Part shown: positions 19,266 to 28,695 of the stretch, piece by piece
How positions within the stretch are numbered: position 1 is the stretch's first letter
Layout: each line of letters starts with the position of its first letter
Assembly (NCBI GenBank): GCA_050951725.1
Contig: JBMNJO010000025.1
Location: forward strand, 80,394 to 144,393
From: Syntrophomonadales bacterium
GTDB taxonomy: Bacteria; Bacillota; Syntrophomonadia; Syntrophomonadales; DTU052
Direction: 5' to 3'
DNA: 64,000 nt
Translations under genes and position numbers: made by a program
Notes under the pieces: generated by a model
Told to the model about the DNA's origin: nothing
The model's database searches: none
Seen by the model: only the letters and a program-made list of their open reading frames with translations

Positions 19266-20392
19266 ATAGCTTGCGCCCGACTTGGGCAGAGATAGATTTA
19301 AACGCAATAGCACATAACATAAAGCAGCTCCGGAGGCTGACCAAAGCTTCCACCAAGTTTATGGCCATCCTGAAAGCCAATGCCTACGGACATGGCATCC
19401 TGGAGGTGGCACAGGTCTGCGTCGACCAGGGAGTTGAATTCCTGGGAGTGGCTTTGCTCGACGAAGCCCTTCACCTGCATGAAAGCGGCATTAAAACCCC
19501 GGTGCTGATTCTGGGTTACACCCCGCCCTCAGGTCTGGATGCGGTGGTGCAATATGCTTTCCGGCAGACGATTTTCGATCTGGCAAGCGCCGAACTGCTC
19601 TCGGAAGCGGCCGTTAAAAGAGGCAAGAAAGCCTTTGTCCATATAAAAGTAGATACCGGGATGTCACGGACCGGGTTTTTTACCGACCAGGAGGCGGTCC
19701 AAACCGTCACCCGTATCTGTGGTCTTCCAGGGTTGACAGTGGAAGGGATATTTACTCACCTGGCTACCGCCGACAGCCCTGAACAAACCTTCGCCAAGCT
19801 CCAATTGCAGCGGTTTTCAGAATTCCTGCAGGCCCTGAAGTCATCAGGTATTGAGATACCCATCCGGCATGCAGCCAATAGCGCAGGGATAGCCTACTAT
19901 CCCGAGGCTCACTATGATCTGGTGCGGGCGGGCATTAATCTCTATGGCCTGAAATCTTCCCTCGAGCGGGAGAGCGACCTCCTTTTGATTCCGGCCATGA
20001 GGCTGAAAAGCCGGGTGGTGATGGTGAAAGAGGTTCCTGAGTCAACCATGGTCAGTTATGGCTGCACCTACGTAACTTCCAGGCCCACCAGAATAGCTAC
20101 CGTACCCATTGGTTATGGGGATGGCTACATTCGGGCCTACTCCAATCGTGCCTGGGCCATGGTCCGGGGGAAAAGGGTTCCCCTGATCGGACGGGTATGT
20201 ATGGATTACTGTATGTTCGATGTCACCGCAGTTGATGACATCCAGGTCGGCGATGAGGTGATCCTTTTTGGGCGACCGGAAGATCAGGTTACAGCTGATG
20301 AGCTGGCAGAGATAATCGGGACCATCAACTATGAAGTAGTCTGTCTGCTCAACTCCCGCGTGCCCCGTGTGTACGTCAACGACAAGCCATGA
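19262..20392 (+). CDS. alr: alanine racemase
   Basis: It has RPTWAEIDL and the PLP-lysine motif AILKANAYGHG. 376 aa. Confidence 0.9.
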   Translation: MNSLRPTWAEIDLNAIAHNIKQLRRLTKASTKFMAILKANAYGHGILEVAQVCVDQGVEFLGVALLDEALHLHESGIKTPVLILGYTPPSGLDAVVQYAFRQTIFDLASAELLSEAAVKRGKKAFVHIKVDTGMSRTGFFTDQEAVQTVTRICGLPGLTVEGIFTHLATADSPEQTFAKLQLQRFSEFLQALKSSGIEIPIRHAANSAGIAYYPEAHYDLVRAGINLYGLKSSLERESDLLLIPAMRLKSRVVMVKEVPESTMVSYGCTYVTSRPTRIATVPIGYGDGYIRAYSNRAWAMVRGKRVPLIGRVCMDYCMFDVTAVDDIQVGDEVILFGRPEDQVTADELAEIIGTINYEVVCLLNSRVPRVYVNDKP

Positions 20393-20465
20393 AATTATTG
20401 GATTTGCCGGTCAAAACGTTGAAAGGCTATAATTAATTTGTCGTTCTGTACATACGGGATGGGAG

Positions 20466-20744
20466 GTGCTCCGTTTGCCGGCGTCCAAAAAAATCATAGT
20501 AAGTGTGCCTGATTCACTGCTGGCGGAGATGGATTTGTTGAGTGTTGAGGAGAGGAAGAACCGGAGCGAAATCGTCCGTGAGGCGATAAGGTTATATATC
20601 AATGAACGCAAAAAAATGGTATTACGTGAACAACTACGCAAGGGTTATACCGAAATGGGGGATATTAATAAGGCAATAGCTGAAGAGACTTTTAATACGG
20701 ATCATGAAGCGTTAAACAGAGGTCTACAAAAACTTGCGGAGTGA
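20466..20744 (+). CDS. mazE: MazE/EndoAI-type RHH antitoxin
   Basis: It has an RHH-like [11 protein letters not shown]...[13 protein letters not shown] and conserved alr-ndoAI-ndoA synteny. The start may be TTG 20475. Confidence 0.8.
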   Translation: MLRLPASKKIIVSVPDSLLAEMDLLSVEERKNRSEIVREAIRLYINERKKMVLREQLRKGYTEMGDINKAIAEETFNTDHEALNRGLQKLAE

Positions 20745-21103
20745 TTTTATTGCTGATTAAACGAGGCGAAATATACTTTGCTCAACTAAACCCGGTTATT
20801 GGCTCTGAGCAGGGTGGAATCAGGCCGGTGCTGGTGGTTCAAAATGATATTGGCAACCAGTACAGCCCGACAACGATTGTCCTGGCTATTACTTCACAGA
20901 TTAATAAGGCGAAGCTGCCTACTCATGTTGAACTTAAAGCCGCAAAGTTTGGTTTAGACAAAGACTCCGTGATCCTGGGGGAACAGATCCGGACCATAGA
21001 CAAGGCGCGTCTCAAACAGCGGATAGCCTTCCTGGACGAAGAGCTGATGGCCAAGGTCAACCAGGCTCTGGAGATCAGCATTGGTATCCAGGATCTGAAT
21101 TAA
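20741..21103 (+). CDS. mazF: MazF/EndoA (PemK family) mRNA interferase toxin
   Basis: [33 protein letters not shown]...KLPTHVEL is close to B. subtilis EndoA as I recall it. Confidence 0.9.
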   Translation: MILLLIKRGEIYFAQLNPVIGSEQGGIRPVLVVQNDIGNQYSPTTIVLAITSQINKAKLPTHVELKAAKFGLDKDSVILGEQIRTIDKARLKQRIAFLDEELMAKVNQALEISIGIQDLN

Positions 21104-21121
21104 ACTGAATAAGAAACAAAG

Positions 21122-21145
21122 ACAGGCTCAAAAAGCCTGTTTTTT
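21122..21145 (+). terminator. intrinsic terminator after mazF
   Basis: ACAGGCT-caaaa-AGCCTGT followed by TTTTT. Confidence 0.85.
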
Positions 21146-21212
21146 GAGTGAATCAAGGGGACAGTCCCCATGATGCATTATGCATCATGGGGACTGTCCC
21201 CTTGATTCACTC
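21146..21212. repeat. 67-nt perfect palindrome (32-bp arms, 3-nt centre)
   Basis: GAGTGAATCAAGGGGACAGTCCCCATGATGCA-tta-TGCATCATGGGGACTGTCCCCTTGATTCACTC. Each arm contains the nested mini-palindrome GGGGACWGTCCCC. Confidence 0.9.
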
Positions 21213-21278
21213 CGGGTATGCAGGCCGGGTGTGTAGCGTAAAATGGATTAGAAACCTTTCCGGGGAGAGTGGAGAGTA

Positions 21279-21986
21279 GTGAGGGTATTGATTGGCATAA
21301 CCTGCGGTTTCGATGAAGGCGGCTACAGGTATTACCTGCGGCCGGGGTACTGGGAATCGGTGGAGAGTGCGGGAGGAACCCCGGTGATCCTGCCGCCGGC
21401 TGATTCACCTGAGGTGATGGATCATTACCTTAAGGTCTGCGATGGTTACATACTGAGCGGGGGCGACGATATCGACCCGGCGTTCTGGGGAGAGGAGCCT
21501 CAGCCAGGACTGGGTGAGATTGATCCCCGGCGGGACCGCTTCGAGGTAGAACTGATAAGGGGTATTATAAAGAGGGATAAACCAGCCCTGTTTATCTGCC
21601 GGGGGATTCAGGTTTTAAACGTGGTCTTGGGAGGGACCCTGATTCAGGATCTGCATTCCGAAATAGCCCACCGTCAACGTGCTCCCAGAAATCATCCCTT
21701 TCATGATATATTGTTGGAGAAGGCCAGTACTCTGTACCAGCTGTTTCAGCGGGAAACCGTCAGGGTGAACAGCTTTCATCACCAGGCCCTCGGCAGCCTG
21801 GCGCCGGGAATCAGCGTAACCGCCCGGGCACGGGATGGGGTGGTGGAAGCCGTGGAATTCCCGGAAAGAAGCTGGATCCTGGGAGTACAGTGGCATCCCG
21901 AGGCTATGCGGGATGAGCTGTCAGCCCGCTTGTTTCAAGGGCTGGTGGAGGCGGCCGGGAAAAAGAGGCAGCTCGACTCAAGGTAA
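21279..21986 (+). CDS. class-I glutamine amidotransferase / gamma-glutamyl hydrolase (peptidase C26, PuuD-like)
   Basis: It has FICRGIQVLNVVLGG (nucleophile Cys) and GVQWHPE. Confidence 0.85.
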   Translation: MRVLIGITCGFDEGGYRYYLRPGYWESVESAGGTPVILPPADSPEVMDHYLKVCDGYILSGGDDIDPAFWGEEPQPGLGEIDPRRDRFEVELIRGIIKRDKPALFICRGIQVLNVVLGGTLIQDLHSEIAHRQRAPRNHPFHDILLEKASTLYQLFQRETVRVNSFHHQALGSLAPGISVTARARDGVVEAVEFPERSWILGVQWHPEAMRDELSARLFQGLVEAAGKKRQLDSR

Positions 21987-22103
21987 GGCTTGCGATAACT
22001 GCTGGCAGATGTACGAAATGCGTATGCCTTCCGGAGTTTTATTAAAGCAGAAGATGAGTAATCATTAAAAAGAAATGCTGAATCAGGCAGAGAGGAGATC
22101 ATC

Positions 22104-23285
22104 GTGACCTCGCAAGTAGCAGTAGTTCGATGTGAATCATATGAGGAAGCCCAGGTGGCAGCCGCGTTGGACAAGGTGTTTGAGAATATTGACCTGGCCG
22201 GGATTGTAAAGCCGGGAAACCTGGTGCTGCTTAAACCTAACCTGCTCGCGCCCCGGAAACCGGAGGCGGCGGTAACAACTCATCCGGCACTGGTAAGGGA
22301 AGTGGCCCGGAGGGTGCTGGCCCTGGGTGCCAGGGTGATGGTCGGCGACAGCTCAGGAGGACTGGTGGGGGGACACTATCCTACCGAGCGCTCGCTCCGT
22401 GTTTCCGGTATGACCAAAGTCTGCGAAGAACTCGGCATCACCGCCGTTAATTTTGACACCGCCGGGAGCAAGCGCGTTCCGGTTACGGGTCGCTTCCTTA
22501 CGGAGTTGGAGGTGGCCCGTCCGGTGGTGGAGGCCGACGTAATCATAAATCTCCCCAAACTCAAGACCCACAGTGCCACCCTGTATACCGGGGCGGTCAA
22601 GAATATGTACGGTTCGGTTCCCGGCTCGCGCAAGGCGGATTATCACAGCCAGGCTCCATCGGCCCGGGATTTCAGCCGCCTCCTGGTGGATATTATCCAA
22701 AATTTTACCCCCCAGCTCAACATTGTTGACGGCGTGGTGGGGATGGAAGGGAATGGCCCTGGAGTAGGCAGTCCGGTTAACATCGGATTGATAGTGGCTG
22801 GGGTCAATCCGGTCCTGGTGGATGCGGTCTGCTGCCGGGCCATCGGCCTGGACCCCAGTCGGGTACGCTATCTCGAGGAAGCGGAAAATAGAGGATTGTG
22901 TTCCAGCCTGTCCGGGTATTCACTGGTGGGGGACAGGCTCAACTTGCCGGTGACGAAAAAATTCAAGTTCCCTACCAACCTGTGGTTTGAGCTGAATCCT
23001 CCTGGAATTACCCGGTTTGTCATGCAGAGACTTAAACACCTGCCTTATTGCGATGCCCGCAAATGCACAGGCTGCAACATCTGCCGGGATTCCTGCCCGG
23101 TACAGGCTATCACTCCTGAGGCGGGCGGAAAAGGGGTTGTGGTTGACGGAAATAAATGCATTCAGTGCCTCTGCTGCCAGGAGTTGTGTCCGCAGGGAGC
23201 CTTTGAAATAAAGGCTAGTAGCTGGTTAGGAACTTTAGCCATGAAAATAATGGAGGGCCTAAACGCGAACCGGCCCTTGGATTGA
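22104..23285 (+). CDS. DUF362 domain protein with a C-terminal 2x[4Fe-4S] ferredoxin domain
   Basis: 393 aa. The C-terminus has CTGCNICRDSCP and CIQCLCCQELCP. Confidence 0.75.
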   Translation: MTSQVAVVRCESYEEAQVAAALDKVFENIDLAGIVKPGNLVLLKPNLLAPRKPEAAVTTHPALVREVARRVLALGARVMVGDSSGGLVGGHYPTERSLRVSGMTKVCEELGITAVNFDTAGSKRVPVTGRFLTELEVARPVVEADVIINLPKLKTHSATLYTGAVKNMYGSVPGSRKADYHSQAPSARDFSRLLVDIIQNFTPQLNIVDGVVGMEGNGPGVGSPVNIGLIVAGVNPVLVDAVCCRAIGLDPSRVRYLEEAENRGLCSSLSGYSLVGDRLNLPVTKKFKFPTNLWFELNPPGITRFVMQRLKHLPYCDARKCTGCNICRDSCPVQAITPEAGGKGVVVDGNKCIQCLCCQELCPQGAFEIKASSWLGTLAMKIMEGLNANRPLD

Positions 23286-23318
23286 GTCATACAATACAAA
23301 AGGGGAGGAGAACAGCTA

Positions 23319-24455
23319 TTGATAGCGATCAAAGGCGGTACTATCGTCACAGTCAAGAACGGAACAATTAAAGATGGCGTTATTCTGATTCAAGGATCCA
23401 CCATCAAGGAAGTCGGACAGGATACAGCCATCCCTCCTTCCGCCACCGTAATAGATGCTGCGGGGTGTTACGTAACTCCGGGCTTTATCGACGCTCACTG
23501 TCATGTTGGCATTGGTGAAGAGGTATTTTCCATCGAAGGCGATGACATAAACGAGACGACTGACCCCGTTACACCATACCTGCAGGCCCTGGATGGGGTT
23601 AACCTCAGAGATCTGGCATTTGATGACGCTGTAAGGAGCGGAGTAACCCGTTTAATGGTACACCCGGGAAGCGCCAATGTGCTCGGGGGTCAATCGGTAC
23701 TGCTCAAGTCGTGGTCTCCTACTCTTTCGGATATGGTTTACTGTAACCCCTGGGGTTTGAAGGCCGCTCTCGGGGAGAACCCCAAGAAGGCCTACGGCAG
23801 CCAGAACAAGACGCCCAAAACCAGGATGGGTAATGCCGCCCTCCTGCGCGAAGCCCTGTACACTGCGCTCAAACACAGTGAAAAGAAGCAGCGACTCCAA
23901 CCCAAAGAGGAGTTTCGGCTGGAGGCTCTGATCAGGGTGGTGCGCCGGGAGATGCCGCTCTGGCTGCATGTCCACCGGGCTGATGACATCCTGACCGCCT
24001 TGCGTATCAAGGATGAATTCAACATCGATCTGGTCCTGCAGCATGGCACCGAAGCCCATCTGGTGGCTGAGGAGATCGCCCGCCGCAAAGTGGCGGTATG
24101 CCTGGGACCGCTCCTGGTCAACCGGGCCAAGGTTGAAATGAGGGAGGTTTCCTTCCGCAACATCCAGGTCCTGCAAAAGGCAGGGATAGAGTTCTGTCTG
24201 ATAACCGATCATCCCGTGGTTCCAATTCAATACCTGGGAGTTTGTGCGGCCCTGGCGGTAAGAGAGGGATTGGACGAAGAGACCGCCATCAGAGCACTAA
24301 CATGGAATCCCGCTCATATACTGGGCGTGGATCAAGAATTAGGATCCATCGAGCCAGGCAAAAAAGCCGATATCGTGATCTTTGATGGTCACCCGCTTGA
24401 GGTGAGATCACGGGTTAAGCAAGCCCTGGTGGATGGTATCATATGGGGGGGATAA
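23319..24455 (+). CDS. metal-dependent amidohydrolase
   Basis: It has the PGFIDAHCHVGI (HxH) motif. 378 aa. Confidence 0.85.
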   Translation: MIAIKGGTIVTVKNGTIKDGVILIQGSTIKEVGQDTAIPPSATVIDAAGCYVTPGFIDAHCHVGIGEEVFSIEGDDINETTDPVTPYLQALDGVNLRDLAFDDAVRSGVTRLMVHPGSANVLGGQSVLLKSWSPTLSDMVYCNPWGLKAALGENPKKAYGSQNKTPKTRMGNAALLREALYTALKHSEKKQRLQPKEEFRLEALIRVVRREMPLWLHVHRADDILTALRIKDEFNIDLVLQHGTEAHLVAEEIARRKVAVCLGPLLVNRAKVEMREVSFRNIQVLQKAGIEFCLITDHPVVPIQYLGVCAALAVREGLDEETAIRALTWNPAHILGVDQELGSIEPGKKADIVIFDGHPLEVRSRVKQALVDGIIWGG

Positions 24456-24456
24456 C

Positions 24457-24645
24457 GTGAACAGGGGAGATTTATTCAGTGTCTACCTCAATGGGGTAAT
24501 GATGACCATCTGTGTCATTGGTTCCTACAAAGAGGAGTATTCCGGTGAAGAGGTTGTTGTTTTGGCCCTCGTCAATCCAGAGAATATGCTGCACATACCC
24601 CTTTCCGACATGACCATGTTCTTCCCCAAGAAGGTAATGAACTAA
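24457..24645 (+). CDS. small hypothetical protein
   Basis: GTG 24457 follows a GGGGGGA SD-like run. There are no recognisable motifs. Confidence 0.3.
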   Translation: MNRGDLFSVYLNGVMMTICVIGSYKEEYSGEEVVVLALVNPENMLHIPLSDMTMFFPKKVMN

Positions 24646-24647
24646 CA

Positions 24648-24670
24648 ATGGGACAGGGTCCCTGTCCCAT
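24648..24670. repeat. palindrome ATGGGACAGGG-T-CCCTGTCCCAT
   Basis: It has perfect 11-nt arms directly after the stop at 24643-24645. Its GGGAC/GTCCC core relates it to the other palindromes. Confidence 0.7.
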
Positions 24671-25030
24671 GGCTGAACTTTTTTACCTGCGAAGCGTAGC
24701 GACGAATATTTATGCATTCAAACATCCCAATTATGACTTTTTGCAGGGGAATCAAACTTAAAAGAAAGTTAACCGGTTAAGAAAGCCCGGGCCCTGGCTC
24801 CCGGGCTTTCTTATGGAAACATGGCAAGCTGCGGCCCTTAGGTGTGCCCTGCCCCCTTTTTCGGGAGCATAAATGCGGTCTTATTAATCGGCAAAACAAG
24901 CAGGGCGCATCCTGGATATCACACCAATATTTGACGACAGGCAACGCAGCGGATTCAAAGTATAATGGGACACGGAGACAGCGTTCCTGTCCCATTTTTG
25001 TGAGGACAGGCTTAAAAGGGGGCGCCAGAA

Positions 25031-25925
25031 ATGGCATTAGAGGTATCATCCGTGGTAAAAAGATTCGGCGACAATACGGCCGTTGATCATATTTCTTTTC
25101 AAATTGACCGCCCCAGTGTCTTTGGTTTACTGGGAACAAATGGGGCAGGCAAAACCACCACTATTAGACTGATCCTGGGAATCCTGAAAAAGGACGAGGG
25201 CCTGATTCAATGGAATGGCCGCCCGGTTACCAGGGAAACCGTAAGTTTTGGCTATCTGGCCGAGGAAAGGGGCTTATATCCCAAGGCCAAAATCGTCGAC
25301 CAGCTTTCCTATTTCGGAAAACTGCGGGGCATGGACGGCAAAGCGGTAAAAAAAGCTATCGGCTATTGGTTTGACCGGCTCAAAGTATCAGAATATGCCA
25401 ATTCCACAGCAGAGCAGTTGTCCAAAGGTAATCAGCAAAAAATTCAATTCATAACCGCGCTGCTGCACGACCCGGAATTAATTGTTCTCGATGAGCCCTT
25501 AAGCGGTCTGGACCCGGTTAATGCTGATCTGTTCAAAGGGGTAATTTATGAGCTGGTTGGTAAGGGTAAGTTCATTATTATGTCCAGTCATCAGATGCAC
25601 TCCATTGAGGACTATTGTGAAGATATTATTATCCTCAAAGCTGGGAGCCACAGTCCTTAAAGGCAATCTGAAACAGATTAAGGCCGGCTATGGCAGGACC
25701 AATCTCAACGTCAGTGGCGGCGAGGGAATAGACAGGCTCATCGACGATCTGGGAATGAAGCTGATAGCCAGGACTGCGGCGGGTTACGAGCTGGCCATCA
25801 AATCTGATGCCGAGGCCTACCGCCTGCTGAATAAAATCATGTCCTCCCGGATAAGGCTGGATAAGTTTGAAATCCGGGAACCTTCTCTGCATGAGATATT
25901 CATTGACAAAGTTGGTGAACAATAA
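25031..25925 (+). pseudogene. ABC transporter ATP-binding protein split by a 1-nt frameshift
   Basis: It has Walker A GTNGAGKTT, the signature LSKGNQQK and Walker B LIVLDEP. The first frame ends ILKAGSHSP*. The other frame continues ATVLKGNLKQIKAGYG, so an extra base lies in GCTGGGAGCC at about 25643-25646. Confidence 0.85.
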
Positions 25926-27178
25926 TGAAAGAATTCTTGACCGTTTTACGCTACACTTTCTGGGAAAACACACGTAAAAAGTCGTTTATCGTCTCAACCG
26001 TAATCACCCTGCTCTTGACGGTGGTAGTGATCAGCTTGCCGGCAATAATCACCTACTTTGACAATAAAGACAAAACCGAGCAGGGGGCCCAGGTTGACCA
26101 AGAGTCCGGGGGAATTGTTTATGTGGTTGACTCCGGGGATATCTTGAAAGGGGATCTGAAACAGCTCGGCCTGGCTTTCCCGAATACTGAGTTCGAACCG
26201 GCAGCTGCTAATGACGTTGATGCACTAAAGGACAAGGTTAAAGCAGATGAGCAATGTGCGCTGCTGGTGCTGGCGGCGAACAATGGGGCGCCGGCATTCG
26301 ATTACTATGTGAAACAAGCCGGTGATGGCGCTGATCCCGCTGTCCTTAGCCGGGTTATTAAGAGCATTTTTGTGACTGACTTATTGACGACTGCCGGGGT
26401 GCCGGCTGAAACATCGGCCCTGGTACAATCGGAGGTCTCATTCAATGTTAACGAATTAGGGCAGGGGAAGATGAACCGCCAGATTTCCAGCATTGTTATG
26501 AGCCTGCTGCTGTTCTTTGCCATCTATTTTTATGGCTATGGAGTGGCCATGTCGGTGGCCTCGGAAAAGACCTCCCGGGTAATGGAACTGCTGGTGACAG
26601 CAACCAAACCATCAAAGATAATTCTGGGCAAGAGTGCCGCGATGGGAATCCTGGGCCTGATACAGCTATCATTGGTGGTATTGGTCGGGGTGCTGACCTA
26701 CAAACTGACCTTCCCGGAGAACTTTGCCATAGCGGGTCAAACCCTGGATCTTTCCAGCTTCACACCCTTTAGCGTGGCCATGATTGTGGTGTATTTCATT
26801 CTGGGTTACTCACTTTACGCGATGATGAATGCGGTATCCGGGGCAACGGTCAGCAAGGCCGAAGATGTTAACTCGTCGATAATGCCAATTTCCATGATAG
26901 CTCTGGCGGCGTTCTATATGGGGTACTTTTCCCTGTTAGCACCCGAGGGCCAGGTATCAGTTCTGGCATCCATCATCCCGTTTTCTGCACCTTTTTCCAT
27001 GCCCAGCAGGATATTGGCGGCTGATGTTCCGGCCTGGCAGATTGGAGCATCCCTGGTTGCTTTGGCAATCACGATTGTTTTCATCGCCTGGCTTTCGATA
27101 AGAATTTACTCTGCGGCGGTGCTTCATTACGGCACCCGCCTGAAGCTGAAGGACTTATTGAAGATGTCAGGCTCATGA
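25925..27178 (+). CDS. ABC-2 type transporter permease (NatB/YhaP-like)
   Basis: 417 aa. It has an N-terminal TM helix, a large loop and a C-terminal multi-TM block. Its ATG overlaps the upstream stop (TAATG). Confidence 0.8.
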   Translation: MKEFLTVLRYTFWENTRKKSFIVSTVITLLLTVVVISLPAIITYFDNKDKTEQGAQVDQESGGIVYVVDSGDILKGDLKQLGLAFPNTEFEPAAANDVDALKDKVKADEQCALLVLAANNGAPAFDYYVKQAGDGADPAVLSRVIKSIFVTDLLTTAGVPAETSALVQSEVSFNVNELGQGKMNRQISSIVMSLLLFFAIYFYGYGVAMSVASEKTSRVMELLVTATKPSKIILGKSAAMGILGLIQLSLVVLVGVLTYKLTFPENFAIAGQTLDLSSFTPFSVAMIVVYFILGYSLYAMMNAVSGATVSKAEDVNSSIMPISMIALAAFYMGYFSLLAPEGQVSVLASIIPFSAPFSMPSRILAADVPAWQIGASLVALAITIVFIAWLSIRIYSAAVLHYGTRLKLKDLLKMSGS

Positions 27179-27220
27179 AGGAAGGGTAGTAAATAAGCCG
27201 GCAGAAGGGACTGTTTATCA

Positions 27221-27260
27221 CATCAGGCGCATGGGCTTGGCTTTGTGCGCCTGATGTTTT
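27221..27260. terminator. hairpin between convergent genes
   Basis: CATCAGGCGCA...TGCGCCTGATG followed by TTTT. Confidence 0.65.
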
Positions 27261-27288
27261 CGTTGTTGTTAATCATACAGGATGCCGG

Positions 27289-27663
27289 TTATAAACCTAA
27301 ATCATTGCGGGTATCAGTCCAATGGTCCGGAAAATCTCTCAGGTGTCGACCTGTAATGTTTGCTGCTCCTACCGGTGTAACCAGACCATCATGGAGACGC
27401 TTATTACAGGTGATGCAAAAGACGTAGAAATGTCGCTGATGCCCACCAGTCGCAGCCGCCAGCTCACCGTCCGAGAGCTTAATCGTATTGCTTTCTGTCG
27501 CTGCAAGTTGTTCACGCAGCTCCGCCTCGGTAAACTCCAAACCGCTCTCTCTGGCCAGAGCTTCAATATCACCCGAGTCCAGCGCCTGAGCCAGTCTAAC
27601 ACCCAAATCCTTATTCTCCCGCATTAAATCCAAAAACTTTGTTACGTCCTCTTTAGACATCAC
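27289..27663 (-). CDS. Nif11-type leader peptide / putative RiPP or bacteriocin precursor
   Basis: The N-terminal 73 aa (MMSKEDVTKFLDLMRENKDLGVRLAQAL...ARESGLEFTEAEL...LSDGELAAATGG) follow the Nif11/N11P leader pattern and end in a double-glycine motif. A 51-aa tail containing C-x-x-C follows. The SD is AAGGGGAGAAAGTG. Confidence 0.65.
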   Translation of the reverse strand: MMSKEDVTKFLDLMRENKDLGVRLAQALDSGDIEALARESGLEFTEAELREQLAATESNTIKLSDGELAAATGGHQRHFYVFCITCNKRLHDGLVTPVGAANITGRHLRDFPDHWTDTRNDLGL

Positions 27664-27819
27664 TTTCTCCCCTTTCCCATTTTCCGGTTAACGCCAACTG
27701 GCACGAACCGGCCCAATAATAGATGGATTAACCAATACTCGCTCAATTCCTGCATCCGCCGACAAATTAGTCGAACAAGATCCTTGTATTTAACAGGCTG
27801 AACTTTATCATACTTATAT

Positions 27820-27992
27820 ACGTGGTGAAACCTGGGAGTAGCTCACCATAGACCCCATCTGAGATGCCTTTTTTGGATCGGCTTCCGATAACGGATAGAA
27901 CTACCAGTTGGGCTGCAGTAAGCCAGGTGGTGTAAGGCCGACAGTTGCTGGTATTTAGTTTTTAAACCCTCCCCAACTTGGGAGGGTTTTTT
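27820..27992 (+). ncRNA. candidate structured leader or small RNA ending in an intrinsic terminator
   Basis: A possible promoter is TTGTAT-16-TATCAT (27784-27811). Stems include GGTGA...TCACC, ATCGG-ctt-CCGAT and ACCAG/GGCT...AGCC/CTGGT. The terminator AACCCTCCC-caactt-GGGAGGGTT plus a T run lies at 27965-27992. The class is not identified. Confidence 0.35.
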
Positions 27993-28033
27993 GTTGTCAT
28001 CGTGGTATTAATAAACTGTATAGTCAAATAAGG

Positions 28034-28585
28034 ATGAAGGCTGGGATTCATATGCTGTTCCCGGACTTGAATTTTACTTCAATTAAGGCGTTGCAATCGG
28101 TCGAGGAAGTGATTTCCGAGGTCGATGCGGCTGAGCGCAATCCGAACTGGACGTTTGCTGACAGTAGGATCGTCAATGTACTGCGTGCAGCAATGCAGGT
28201 TAGTCCTGAGGAATACGTTACTTTTCGAGCCGTCTACGCCTTTGGCACCGGCAGGTCCCGGAAACTGGGAAAACTGCGCCAGCCTGAAGATATGGGCCGT
28301 TCTCTGGTGGCGAACGACCTGTGGGTTGTGTTCGATCTATTCGAGGGCCTACTTGCGGTCGCAGGATACCTATTCTACATAACCCTGCGGAAGAAGAAGG
28401 TCCAGCCCCAAACTCAGGAAATGTACCAGCGGGCCTTAATCAAACGGGAGGAGCTTAAGAAACAGGTGGAGTCGGAAGCGAATGGCTCGCCGGAACGAAT
28501 TGACTATCTTAGAAGCCTGGACACGGTTTTGTCATACGCCGTTCGTGACCTCAAGCAGGACATAAACATGTCATCCAGCCACTGA
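28034..28585 (+). CDS. hypothetical protein with one predicted TM helix
   Basis: 183 aa with the hydrophobic segment LWVVFDLFEGLLAVAGYLFYITL. No motif is recognised. Confidence 0.45.
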   Translation: MKAGIHMLFPDLNFTSIKALQSVEEVISEVDAAERNPNWTFADSRIVNVLRAAMQVSPEEYVTFRAVYAFGTGRSRKLGKLRQPEDMGRSLVANDLWVVFDLFEGLLAVAGYLFYITLRKKKVQPQTQEMYQRALIKREELKKQVESEANGSPERIDYLRSLDTVLSYAVRDLKQDINMSSSH

Positions 28586-28695
28586 ATTAGCGGAACAGAA
28601 TTCTTGGAGATTCCAGCGCGATAGTCTCAATATCTACATGTCCTTTGGTGATTGTTTGAGTTGTAACAATTCGTAATAGAGGGGAGTTAATCATT

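Noticed and set aside
24966-24999. The hairpin GGGACACGGA...TCCTGTCCC plus a T run upstream of the ABC ATPase gene, considered as a transcription attenuator.
   Set aside because: The candidate -10 (TATAAT at 24960-24965) would place the transcript start inside the hairpin. It is more simply another member of the GGGAC/GTCCC palindrome family, or a terminator for upstream transcription.
27820-27992. Assignment of the structured leader to the yybP-ykoY (Mn), TPP, cobalamin or T-box classes.
   Set aside because: Only short fragments match (GGGAGTAGC, CTGAGA, GGTGAAAC, GGTGGT). The remaining conserved cores and the expected downstream gene types are absent. It is kept only as an unclassified candidate.
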